A DNA stretch of 64,000 nt from Candidatus Dormiibacterota bacterium (lineage in GTDB: Bacteria; Chloroflexota; Dormibacteria; Aeolococcales; Aeolococcaceae), in NCBI GenBank assembly GCA_963799005.1, contig CAWCVK010000001.1:2012066-2076065 (forward strand), written 5' to 3'. The position numbers were made by a program, and so were the translations under genes. Below the pieces are notes generated by a model that had not been told where the DNA came from, did no database searches, and worked only from the letters and a program-made list of their open reading frames with translations. Numbering within the stretch: the stretch's first letter is position 1; every line of letters starts with the position of its first letter. This document shows positions 36,841 to 45,193 of this stretch, piece after piece.

Positions 36841-37957
36841 CTACTTGATGTTGAAGTCGAACCAGGCGTTCACCTGGCCCTCCAGCGGGCCCCAGAAGTA
36901 GGGGTCGAGCTTCTGGTAGTTGGCCGGGAATGCGGGGAAGCGCGGAGAGCGCGGTCACGCCGGGCACGATCGGCCAGTACAGCGAGTCGCCCGACGGGTC
37001 ACCCGTCTGCATGATCGCCTGGCCCGCAGCTGACAGCACGTACTGCACGAATCGCTCGGCCTCGGATCGTTCGGCTGCCGGCGCCTTCTTGTCGATGCCG
37101 ATCACGCCCGGCAGCAGCGTGGAATTGGGCAGGTACACGACCTTCGGGTCGAACGCGCGCTCTTCGTGGCCTTGATCAACTCGCCGGTTGCGGCCGAGCT
37201 CTGGATCATCCCGTAGTCGATCGACGCCGGTCTCGAGCGCATGCAGCGTGTCGCCGTTGGTCGGGAAGACCTGCAGGCCGTTGGCCTTGAGCTTGGTCAG
37301 GTACGACTCCCCGGCCGCAACTCCGTTGGCGGTGCCGCCGAACTGGTCCATGAGGCCGGCGATGAACGGGAACGTCGGCCCCGACTGGGACGGATCGTTC
37401 ATGCCGACACGGCCCTTGTACTGCGGTCCGAGAAGATCCTGGTACGTCGCCGGCACCGCCGAGACCTTGGCCGCGTTGTAGATGACCGCGGCCATCACCG
37501 TGGTGCTGACCGGAATGTACGAGTGGTCGGCGGGGACCAGGGATTGCCCGACCGATGTCAGCGTGACCGGCGGCGCGTAGGTGAGCAGCTGTCCCTGCTT
37601 GTCGAGCGACGCAAATGCCGTGTCGCCGTCGACCCAGAGCAGCCCCCATTGCGGGTTGTTGCTTTCGGCGGCCACCTTGGCGAGCAGCGGGCCGGTGCTG
37701 TCGTCGTCGAGCTTGACCGGGATGCCGGTGGCTTTCTGGAAGGCCTTGGTCATCACGCTGTCGTAGCCCTGCGCCGAGTAGACGACCAAGGGCACGGGCG
37801 CGGCCGATCCGGCCGGCCCGGTCGCGGCGGCCGAGCTGCTGCCGCAGGCGGCGAGCGCCCCGGCGAAGAGCACCGCCGTGCGCCTCAGCGACAACGCCTG
37901 ACGCGGAGCGCTGCGTATCCGGTCGCTCGCATCTCGCGAGAGCGCGCAAACGCGCAT
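36841..37957 (-). pseudogene. ABC substrate-binding lipoprotein, Fe(III)/thiamine (AfuA/FbpA/TbpA-like) family; three frame breaks
   Basis: Lipobox ..FAGALAAC-GSS, then ..PLVVYSAQGYDSVMTKAFQKATGIPVKLDDDSTGPLLAKV.. The internal segment IDYGMIQSSAATGELIKATKS is only readable in another frame between ~37222 and ~37160. The true C-terminus NYQKLDPYFWGPLEGQVNAWFDFNIK* (stop 36841-36843) is in a third frame from ~36925. Confidence 0.75.
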
Positions 37958-38189
37958 GACGATGCAGTTCGGTGTTCATCCCCACGTTTCCTCCTGAGTC
38001 CGCCGGATTTGGAGATCCAGACCCGCCGTGAGCGTAGGAAACGTCGCTTTATGATCGGGTATCGGGTCGGTTAACGACCAGATAACGATCTGATGGCGAT
38101 CGGCGGTTGCCGGGTCGTCGCCAAAACCGCCCGGCCGACCCCGTCTCCGAGGGGACGCGTCTAACGCTTTCGTCGCATTTGCGGTATGG

Positions 38190-38345
38190 TTGGATGACCG
38201 GGGGGAAAGAGCCGAGAAGTGGGTGAAGCCAGGCCACCGGCCTGAGCGGAAGGGGGTTCTGACCGACCGGTTAGCGAGACCTCGCCGCCCGCCCATCGTG
38301 CGCGGGCGGCAGGTCCCGCGCCATCCATGCCGCGAAGCGCCTCGG
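38190..38345 (+). other. Candidate structured 5' leader upstream of the TauE-like gene (possible riboswitch-like element; unverified)
   Basis: Lies in a ~500-nt non-coding gap between divergent genes. It contains GGGGAAAG..GTGGGTGAAGCC..AGGCCACCGGCCT..GCGGAAGGGGG..TAGCGAGACCTCGCC, in the same order as cobalamin-riboswitch core elements and B12 box but with imperfect matches. Perfect hairpins follow: GCCGCCCGC-n9-GCGGGCGGC (38284-38310) and ATGAGAT-n7-ATCTCAT. Confidence 0.2.
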
Positions 38346-38463
38346 ACGGATGGAAATGCCGAAGCGTTCGCATCATGAGATGGCTTTGATCTCATCAAAC
38401 TCGTTGACGCCACGTCCCCAGATCCTGCAAGGTTGCGCAAGGGCGTCAAACGGGACGCGAACG

Positions 38464-39431
38464 ATGGGGGCGAGAAGGGAATCTGGGGTGCACATCGATC
38501 TGTACATCGCTTTAGCGGGGCTGATCGTCGGTTGCGCGGTCGGGTTGACCGGGATGGGTGGCGGCGCGCTCATGACCCCGGTGCTCGTGTTGCTGTTCCA
38601 CGTCCAGCCGGTCGCGGCAGTGGCCAGCGACCTGGTCGCTTCCCTGGTGATGAAGCCAGTCGGTGCCGCTGTTCACGCCGGGCGCGGGACGGTGCGCTGG
38701 GCCCTCGTCGCCTGGCTTGCCATCGCCTCGGTGCCGTCCGCCTTCCTGGGCGTCGTCATTCCTCAAGTGGGTCGGCAACGGGGCTCGGATTCAGATCGAT
38801 CGTGAGCGTGTCGCTCGGAGCGATCCTGCTCGTGGCGGTCGCCGCCCTCGGCTTGAAGATGTACATGGACCGCAGGGGCGGGCATGCCGGCGCGGTTGAG
38901 GACGTACTGCGCGTCAAGAAGGTCCCGACGCTGGCGATCGGCGCGTCGATCGGCTTCATCGTCGGCATCACGTCGGTCGGGTCGGGCACCCTGGTGATCG
39001 TCCTGCTGCTCTTCCTGTATCCCCGCTTGCGCGGTTCCCAGATGGTTGGGACGGACCTCGCACAGGCGATCCCCATGGTGGGTGCCGCCGCTCTGGCGCA
39101 CATCCTGTTTGGGGACTTCAAGCTTGGACTGACCACGTCGATTCTCATCGGCAGCCTTCCCGGCGTGCTCATCGGAGCGACTGTCTCGTCATACGCACCA
39201 ACGCTGTTCATCCGAGGCGCGCTCAGCGCCGTGCTGCTCGTCTCCGGGCTCAAGCTTCTCAATGTCCCCACGCTGGCGATCGGGATCGTCCTGCTGCTCA
39301 GCGTGGTCGCGCTCGCGGTTGTCATGCTCAGAGTGCGTATGACCGGGCGGACGCTGCGCGAGGTCACGGGCGAAGCCGCGAAACCACCCGCGTCGGTGAG
39401 TCTCGCGCGCAATGCCGAGGATGCCGCCTGA
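38464..39431 (+). pseudogene. TauE/SafE (DUF81) family anion-exporter-like membrane protein; two frame breaks
   Basis: ..LAGLIVGCAVGLTGMGGGALMTPVLVLLF..VASDLV.. is in frame 1. LKWVGNGARIQ is in frame 2. ..IVSVSLGAILLVAVAALGL..IGFIVGITSVGSGTLVIVLLLFLYP..GSLPGVLIGA.. is in frame 3 (track ORF 38433..39431). The breaks are near 38770 and 38806. Confidence 0.75.
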
Positions 39432-39454
39432 TTGACGGTCGCCTCCGTGCGACT

Positions 39455-39470
39455 TGTGACATGAGTCACG
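39455..39470. promoter_or_regulatory. CRP/FNR-type palindrome TGTGA-N6-TCACg
   Basis: TGTGACATGAGTCACG matches the TGTGAnnnnnnTCACA consensus at 9 of 10 positions. It lies 24 nt after the TauE-like stop and ~300 nt upstream of the cytochrome oxidase cluster. It could also simply be a small hairpin. Confidence 0.35.
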
Positions 39471-39773
39471 GATTGCGCGGGTCTGCGCGAACGGTGCGAA
39501 AGTTCTGGCGCCGATTGGTCCGCGAGCGGATTGCAACAGGGGCTTGACGGAACCCCCCTAACACCGCGATCATGTCGCCTTCAGAACGAACCGGCAGCCT
39601 GTTGAGTGGAGAACTGGTGCCCGGATTCACCTCGTGCTCGGCGTCGCGGGTCTGGCGGAGCGCATCGCTCCGCACAGTGGCCGTCTCCACGCGACGCCAT
39701 CGGTGCCCGTCCTGGTTCACGTCGTCGTGACCGCCATTGCCCCCGCCGCGCACACATAAGAGGTAAGGCAACC

Positions 39774-40380
39774 ATGCGATCGAGATTCTGGATCCTCGTG
39801 GCCGGCGTGGTCGTGGCGGCCGTGGCGGTCGGGTTCTTCGTGACCCGATTCCTCAACCCGACGCCGGAACAGATCACTGCGACGTCGACCTCTTCGTCGA
39901 TCCAGGGGAGGCCGGTGGTGGACGTTCACCTTCACCACCGTCGGCGCGATCGGCACCGGACCGCATCCGAACTGGGTTGCATATCTACCCACCACCTATA
40001 TCAAGGCGCCGGAGGGCGCGGTCGTCCACGTGACCATCCACCAGCAGGACAGTGCGTCCGGCTTGCGCAACCCGTACTTTGCCCTGGTCCGCGGGACGGT
40101 CAACGAGGAGATGACCGTCAATGGCAAGGCGATCCAGGCAATCGATCCAACCACCCCGGCGCACACCTTCACCGTCCCGGATCTCGGGGTCAGCGTTCCC
40201 CTCGAGGGCGTCACCGGGAACCAGACTGAAAACCTCGTCGAGTTCAGCTTCGTCGTGCCGAACCAGAAGGGCCTCTTCCGCTGGCAGTGCTTCGTGCCAT
40301 GCGGCGCCGGGACCCTCTACGGCAACGGTGGCCCGATGCAGACGCTCGGCTACATGGCCGGCGAGCTCCAGGTGGGCTGA
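39774..40380 (+). pseudogene. Membrane-anchored cupredoxin-fold protein (CoxB-like C-terminal domain, degenerate CuA-type site); one frame break
   Basis: ATG 39774 follows AAGAGGTAAGG. The anchor MRSRFWILVAGVVVAAVAVGFFV is in frame 3. ..WTFTFTTVGAIGTGPHPNWVAYLP..VHVTIHQQD..AHTFTVPDLGVSVPLE..FRWQCFVPCGAGTLYGNGGPMQTLGYMAGELQV is in frame 1 (track ORF 40030..40380 and upstream). The break is near 39910. Confidence 0.65.
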
Positions 40381-40383
40381 CCG

Positions 40384-41223
40384 ATGAGAAACAGAGCTAC
40401 CGCAATCCGGGTCGTCCTCATCGTCTGGTTCGTCCTCGCCGTGGCCGGCGACGTGGGGCTGGCGCTCGGCCCGATCCCTCCAGGGCAGGCCTCTGATCTC
40501 GCTTCGAGCGAGAGCCTGGTGATCCTGGTCCTCGCTTTGATCGCGTGGCCCGTCTTTTCGGCGGTGCTCGCTGCGCTGTTCTTCACCCTCGTTGTGAACA
40601 AGACCGCCCCGCCCACTGCGGAAGTGAGCGCCGCGGAGCTGCGAGGCAACACCCGAATCCAGACCATCTGGATCGCAGCCACGCTCGTCGTCGTGCTGAG
40701 CCTTGCGGTGTACGGCACCGTGGCGCTCGCCATCGACGAGCCCGGGGCCGGCATCTCAACAACATCGGCGGCGCTGCCAATGCCGGCGAACGCAGATCAA
40801 CCGCTCGAGGTCCAGGTGATCGCCCAGCAGTGGTGGTTCACATACAGATATCCATCCTATGGAGGTGTCGAGACGGCGCAACTGGTGCTGCCGGTCAACC
40901 AGAAGATCCAGTTCCACGTCACATCGCTTGACGTCATCCACTCCTTCTGGTTCTACGCGCTCGGGGTCAAGGCCGATGCCGTGCCTCTCAACGACAACGT
41001 CATCACTGCGACGCCCACGCAGGTGGGGACGTATCGGGTCCAGTGCTCGGAGCTCTGCGGGCTCTGGCACGGCAACATGACCGACGACACTGCGATGGTC
41101 GTCAGCTCCACCGATTTCGCGGCATGGATGCAACAGCAGCAGGCGCTCGACGCCCCCGTCATGAAATACCTGCCGCCGTATAGCCACACGTACGTGCCGT
41201 CGCCGACGGGCTACGGAGTGTGA
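40384..41223 (+). CDS. ctaC: Cytochrome c oxidase subunit II (CuA)
   Basis: The CuA site is ..FHVTSLDVIHSFW..YRVQCSELCGLWHGNM.. N-terminal TM helices are present. There is no fused cytochrome c domain. Confidence 0.9.
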   Translation: MRNRATAIRVVLIVWFVLAVAGDVGLALGPIPPGQASDLASSESLVILVLALIAWPVFSAVLAALFFTLVVNKTAPPTAEVSAAELRGNTRIQTIWIAATLVVVLSLAVYGTVALAIDEPGAGISTTSAALPMPANADQPLEVQVIAQQWWFTYRYPSYGGVETAQLVLPVNQKIQFHVTSLDVIHSFWFYALGVKADAVPLNDNVITATPTQVGTYRVQCSELCGLWHGNMTDDTAMVVSSTDFAAWMQQQQALDAPVMKYLPPYSHTYVPSPTGYGV

Positions 41224-41259
41224 CCGTGCTCATCCCGCAATCACACAAGAGGAGCTGAT

Positions 41260-43182
41260 GTGGATGCTGTGACCACCGCGCGGCCGCCGATGTCGGCACC
41301 CCCGACGCTGGCCCGTCGTCTCAACGAGTGGGGATTGCTGCTGGCAGTCATCGGCGCCGCCGTCGGCTTCGTCGTCGGCTACCTCATCGGCAACCTCGCG
41401 CAGTCCGACTCCTTCAACAAGATGAACTCGCTCGGCTCCGATCCCGGCATCCTGCTCGGCTACGCTGTTGGCACAGTCGGATTTCTTGCCGGCCTGGGTT
41501 TCCTCAATTACCCTGTCGGCCGCCTGCTTGGTGCCAGGCGTCCCTCCGAGGAGGACAACGCCTACATGCACGGCGAGGGCGGCGGGCTTGCGCGCTACTT
41601 CCGCATGACCACCGATCACAAGGTGATCGGAATGCAGTACCTCGTGATGATCCTCGCCTTCCTGTTCATCGGCGGGCTTGGCGCGATGTTCATCCGGTCC
41701 GAGCTGCTCACCCCGGTGCCGTCGGTTGCGAACGCGCAGTCATACCTGACGCTTGTCGGTCTGCACAGCACGTTGATGATCTTCATGGCGTCGGCGGCGA
41801 TCATCGGTCCGTTCGGCAACTACTTCGTGCCGATCATGATTGGCACGCGGAACATGGCGTTCCCGCGTCTCGAGGCGCTGACGTTCTGGCTCCTGCCGCC
41901 GGCCGGGTTGATCCTGCTCTCCACGGTCTTTTTCGGCGGCTTCACGACCGGTTGGACCGGCTACGCGCCGCTTGCCGACCAGAACATTCTCGGCATGGAC
42001 GCCTACCTCATGGGATTCGCTCTGATCGGCATCTCGATCGCGCTCTCAGGTCTGAACATGATCGCGACCATCCTGACCAAGCGCGCTCCAGGGATGCCGC
42101 TCAGCCGGATGCCGATCTTCGTGTGGTCGGTGCTGGTCACGTCGTTCCTCGGCGCGCTCGCGGCGCCGGCCCTGATCGCCGCGGTTCTCATGGAGATGTT
42201 CAGCCGCACCTATCAGACGACATTCTTCGTGCCTTCGGGCGGCGGCTCGCCGTACCTGTGGGAGAACCTGTTCTGGTTCTTCGGCCACCCCGAGGTCTAC
42301 ATCTTCGTCGTTCCGGCGTTTGGTCTGATCATGGAGATGCTCCCGGTGTTCACGCGAAAGCCGCTCTGGGGCTACCGGGTGGGCGTCGGCGGGATGGTCG
42401 GCGTGGGCTTGCTCAGCTTTGTAGTCTGGCAGCACCACCTGTTTGTCAGCGGCCTCGCACCCTCGCTACGGCCCTTCTACATGTTCTCGACCGAGATGAT
42501 CTCGGTCCCGACCGGCATCATCTACCTGGTGTCGTTGGGAACGCTCTGGCGCGCACGCACTCGCTTCTCGACTCCGATGCTGTTCATCTTCGCCTTCTTC
42601 TTCAACTTCCTGATCGGCGGGTTCACCGGCGTCTTCCTCTCTGATGTCCCGAGCGACTTCACACTGCATGCAAGCTACTTCGTCCAGGCTCACTTCCACT
42701 ACACGATCATGGGTGGCGAGGTCTTCGCGCTGATGGGAGCGATCGTCTATTACCTGCCGAAGATGACGGGTCGCACCATGGACATCAAGCTCCTGCGCTA
42801 CCAGTTCTGGGCGGTGTTCATCACCTTCAACGGCACCTTCATCTCGCTCATCACGGTTGGAATAATGGGGATGCCGCGCCGTGATATCAGCTACGCCGCA
42901 TACCTTCAGCCCCTCAACGACAGCGCGTCCATCTTTGCGCTCGCCCTCGGGGTGTCGATGGCACTCTTCCTCGGCATTCTCATCTGGGAGGTTGTCATCA
43001 AGCAGAGGGTCGCAGCCGCCAACCCGTGGGAGTCCCTTGGAGTCGAATGGCAGGTGCCCACGCCGGTCCCCGTCTTCAACTTCGACCGCGTGCCGGTGGC
43101 GTGGTCGCTGCCCTATGACTACGACACCGGGAAGCCCGCGGCGGACTTCGGACCCGCCATTCCGGCATTGAGCGGAGCCTGA
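41260..43182 (+). CDS. ctaD: Cytochrome c oxidase subunit I (heme-copper oxidase) with ~85-aa N-terminal two-TM extension
   Basis: The canonical core starts at TTDHKVIGMQYL (residue ~117) and continues ..WFFGHPEVYIFVVPAFG.., ..HHLFVSG.., ..FVQAHFHYTIMGG.. GTG 41260 follows GAGGAG. Confidence 0.9.
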   Translation: MDAVTTARPPMSAPPTLARRLNEWGLLLAVIGAAVGFVVGYLIGNLAQSDSFNKMNSLGSDPGILLGYAVGTVGFLAGLGFLNYPVGRLLGARRPSEEDNAYMHGEGGGLARYFRMTTDHKVIGMQYLVMILAFLFIGGLGAMFIRSELLTPVPSVANAQSYLTLVGLHSTLMIFMASAAIIGPFGNYFVPIMIGTRNMAFPRLEALTFWLLPPAGLILLSTVFFGGFTTGWTGYAPLADQNILGMDAYLMGFALIGISIALSGLNMIATILTKRAPGMPLSRMPIFVWSVLVTSFLGALAAPALIAAVLMEMFSRTYQTTFFVPSGGGSPYLWENLFWFFGHPEVYIFVVPAFGLIMEMLPVFTRKPLWGYRVGVGGMVGVGLLSFVVWQHHLFVSGLAPSLRPFYMFSTEMISVPTGIIYLVSLGTLWRARTRFSTPMLFIFAFFFNFLIGGFTGVFLSDVPSDFTLHASYFVQAHFHYTIMGGEVFALMGAIVYYLPKMTGRTMDIKLLRYQFWAVFITFNGTFISLITVGIMGMPRRDISYAAYLQPLNDSASIFALALGVSMALFLGILIWEVVIKQRVAAANPWESLGVEWQVPTPVPVFNFDRVPVAWSLPYDYDTGKPAADFGPAIPALSGA

Positions 43183-43184
43183 GC

Positions 43185-43787
43185 ATGAGTGAAGCCAGTC
43201 CAACCGGACTCACCGTTATCGACGAGGTTGAAGGTGGCGGGCATACGCTGCTCTTCAGCTCGCGGCTGGTCATGGCGGCCAACACGACACTGCAACTGAG
43301 CCTCCTCTTCGCGTTCCTCTATCTGAGAGCCAACAACTTCGGCGGCATGTGGCATCCCAGCGGCGTCGGCACGCCGCCGCAGGTGCTCGCGCTTGTGTCG
43401 CTCGCCTTCCCCCTGGCCGCGCTTCTTGCCCTCTGGGCCGCGTGGAGCGCCGTCACCAGGGCACGCGAATCAAGTGCCGTCAGCGGGCTGCTCTGGCTCG
43501 CGCTCATCGCCGCCATCCTCACGGGGGCCGTGCGCATCCTGCTCATGTATCAGTTCAACTGGACCCTGAGCGCCGCCGGCACGTACGCGGACATCTCGAC
43601 CCTCTGGTATGCGGTGCTGCTCGGCGAGTTCATCGGCGTCGGACTGTGGTTGCTCAGCCTCGTGATGGGGAACGTGCGCGGTACCGACCCGCTCGGCCCG
43701 GCGCACGCACGAGCGATCCTCGAACAGTGGACATACATCACCGGCGTGTCCATCGCGGTGTACCTGCTCGTCCAGTACGTCACCTAG
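43185..43787 (+). CDS. ctaE: Cytochrome c oxidase subunit III-like (short, 5-TM type)
   Basis: 200-aa polytopic protein immediately after ctaD (..FAFLYLRANNFGGMW..). Size and position fit the short actinobacterial-type subunit III. Confidence 0.7.
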   Translation: MSEASPTGLTVIDEVEGGGHTLLFSSRLVMAANTTLQLSLLFAFLYLRANNFGGMWHPSGVGTPPQVLALVSLAFPLAALLALWAAWSAVTRARESSAVSGLLWLALIAAILTGAVRILLMYQFNWTLSAAGTYADISTLWYAVLLGEFIGVGLWLLSLVMGNVRGTDPLGPAHARAILEQWTYITGVSIAVYLLVQYVT

Positions 43788-43793
43788 GCTGGG

Positions 43794-44630
43794 ATGCTCT
43801 CGCCCCTGCTCGACTGGAGTTTCGAACCAGTACCGATCATCGGCAGCGTGACGGCCGCGTATCTGTACTGGCGCGGACGCCGGACGGCTTCGGCCGCCCT
43901 GGGGCGAGCGCCCGGGTGGGACAACGGCGACACCGCATTTGCCCTGGGCATCGGCGCGCTGCTGCTCGCCCTGGTGTCACCGATCTCGTACTACGACACC
44001 GCGCTGCAGTGGGATCACATGGTCCAGCACGTGCTGCTGCTCCTGGTCGCGCCGCCGCTCATCCTGCTCGCCGACCCATTCCGCACCGCATGGGCCGGGT
44101 ACCTCGCCGTGCAGGGTCGCCCGGTCGTCGTCGAGGGAACCTGGCCGGAACGCCTCATGCGTCTGCTCCATGCCGGTCCGAGAGCCGCGACCGTGGTCGT
44201 GGTCGCGTTCAGTGTCGATCTGCTGGTCTGGCACGTGCCGCCGATCTACAACGCCACACTCCGGATCGCGTCGGTCCACGATCTCGAGCACCTGACATTC
44301 CTCGTGGTTGGGCTGCTCTTCTGGGACCAGGTGATCAGTCCGCTCACCGCAACCGGACGGCTGTCGTTGCTGGGGCGAGCTGTGGTGGTCCTGCTCGGGA
44401 TGTTTGTGAGCTGGGGTCTCGCGATCGTGATCGCCTACGCGACCCAGCCGCTGTATGCTTACCCCCAGCCGGTCGGCGGTCTCAGCTTGCTGGCCGACCA
44501 GGAGATCGCCGCCGGCGTGATGTGGGTGCCCGGCGGCACACCCTTTCTGATCGCGCTGCTCTACCTCGGCATCCGATGGTTCGAGGTCGATGACCGATCC
44601 GCCACGAGCACTGTGGCTTCGCAACCGTGA
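43794..44630 (+). CDS. ctaG: Cytochrome c oxidase assembly factor CtaG (caa3-type, COG3336)
   Basis: ..LLALVSPISYYDTALQWDHMVQHVLLLLVAPPLILL.., ..VHDLEHLTFLVVGLLFW.., ..DQEIAAGVMWVPG.. match Caa3_CtaG. Confidence 0.8.
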   Translation: MLSPLLDWSFEPVPIIGSVTAAYLYWRGRRTASAALGRAPGWDNGDTAFALGIGALLLALVSPISYYDTALQWDHMVQHVLLLLVAPPLILLADPFRTAWAGYLAVQGRPVVVEGTWPERLMRLLHAGPRAATVVVVAFSVDLLVWHVPPIYNATLRIASVHDLEHLTFLVVGLLFWDQVISPLTATGRLSLLGRAVVVLLGMFVSWGLAIVIAYATQPLYAYPQPVGGLSLLADQEIAAGVMWVPGGTPFLIALLYLGIRWFEVDDRSATSTVASQP

Positions 44631-45193
44631 GCGGCAGCCGCCGTCTCAGTGGTCGGCTGCGCGGTGGCAGCGCTTATCGCCGGATGCGGCGCGTCCTACA
44701 CGGCGTCAGCGTCCGGCCGAGCAGGTCACCGCGTCCGGCGGCCCCACCCTCACGGGAAAGGTCGTCAGCATCGCCTCGCTGCGCGGTCATCCGGTGGTGC
44801 TGGTCTTCTGGGCATCGGATTGCGGGCCCTGCCACGACGAGCAGCCGGCGTTGAACAGCGCTTACGCGACATGGTCAGCCCGCGGCGTCGCGTTTCTGGG
44901 CGTCGACGTGCTGGACACGACCCGGCCGGCGCTGTCGTTTCAATCGGCGTTCAGGGTGCCCTATCCCAGCATCGCGGACTCCAGTCGGCACCCTCGCCAT
45001 CGAGTACCGGGTTACCTCATCGCCGGCATTGGTCTTTCTCAATGCGCAGGGAAAGGTCGCCGACGTCGTGCTCGGCGGGCTGGGGACGATGGGCGCCGCC
45101 GACTTCAATGCGGAACTGACAGCGCTCGCTTCACACATCGCAGACCGGAAACGCGTAGGAGAGGCATGCAGACCAGCGCCGACCTCGCCCTGA
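44627..45193 (+). pseudogene. TlpA/ResA-like thiol-disulfide oxidoreductase lipoprotein; two clear frame breaks plus one possible
   Basis: GTG 44627 makes a GTGA overlap with ctaG (MSGSRRLS, frame 2). The lipobox segment VVGCAVAALIAGCGAS is in frame 3. ..LTGKVVSIASLRGHPVVLVFWASDCGPCHDEQPAL..FLGVDV.. is in frame 1. GTLAIEYRVTSSPALVFLNAQGKVADVVLGG.. is in frame 2, ending at TGA 45191-45193. The breaks are near 44648 (tentative), 44715 and 44985. Confidence 0.7.

Noticed and set aside
37958-38200. TPP or Moco riboswitch on the minus strand upstream of the Fe(III)/thiamine-type ABC operon.
   Set aside because: I looked for the TPP hallmarks (CUGAGA and ACCUGAUCUGGAUAAUGCCAGCG-like segments) and the Moco CCUCCGAG/AAAGG elements. 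Only loose fragments (ccatcagatcgttatctgg; gtctccgagg) are present, not in a convincing arrangement. Not callable without a covariance-model search.
39544-39573. A sigma-70-type promoter (TTGACG at 39544) for the oxidase cluster.
   Set aside because: With a 17-18 nt spacer the -10 candidate is cgatca/gatcat, which lacks the conserved T1/A2 positions. The match is too weak to report as a feature.
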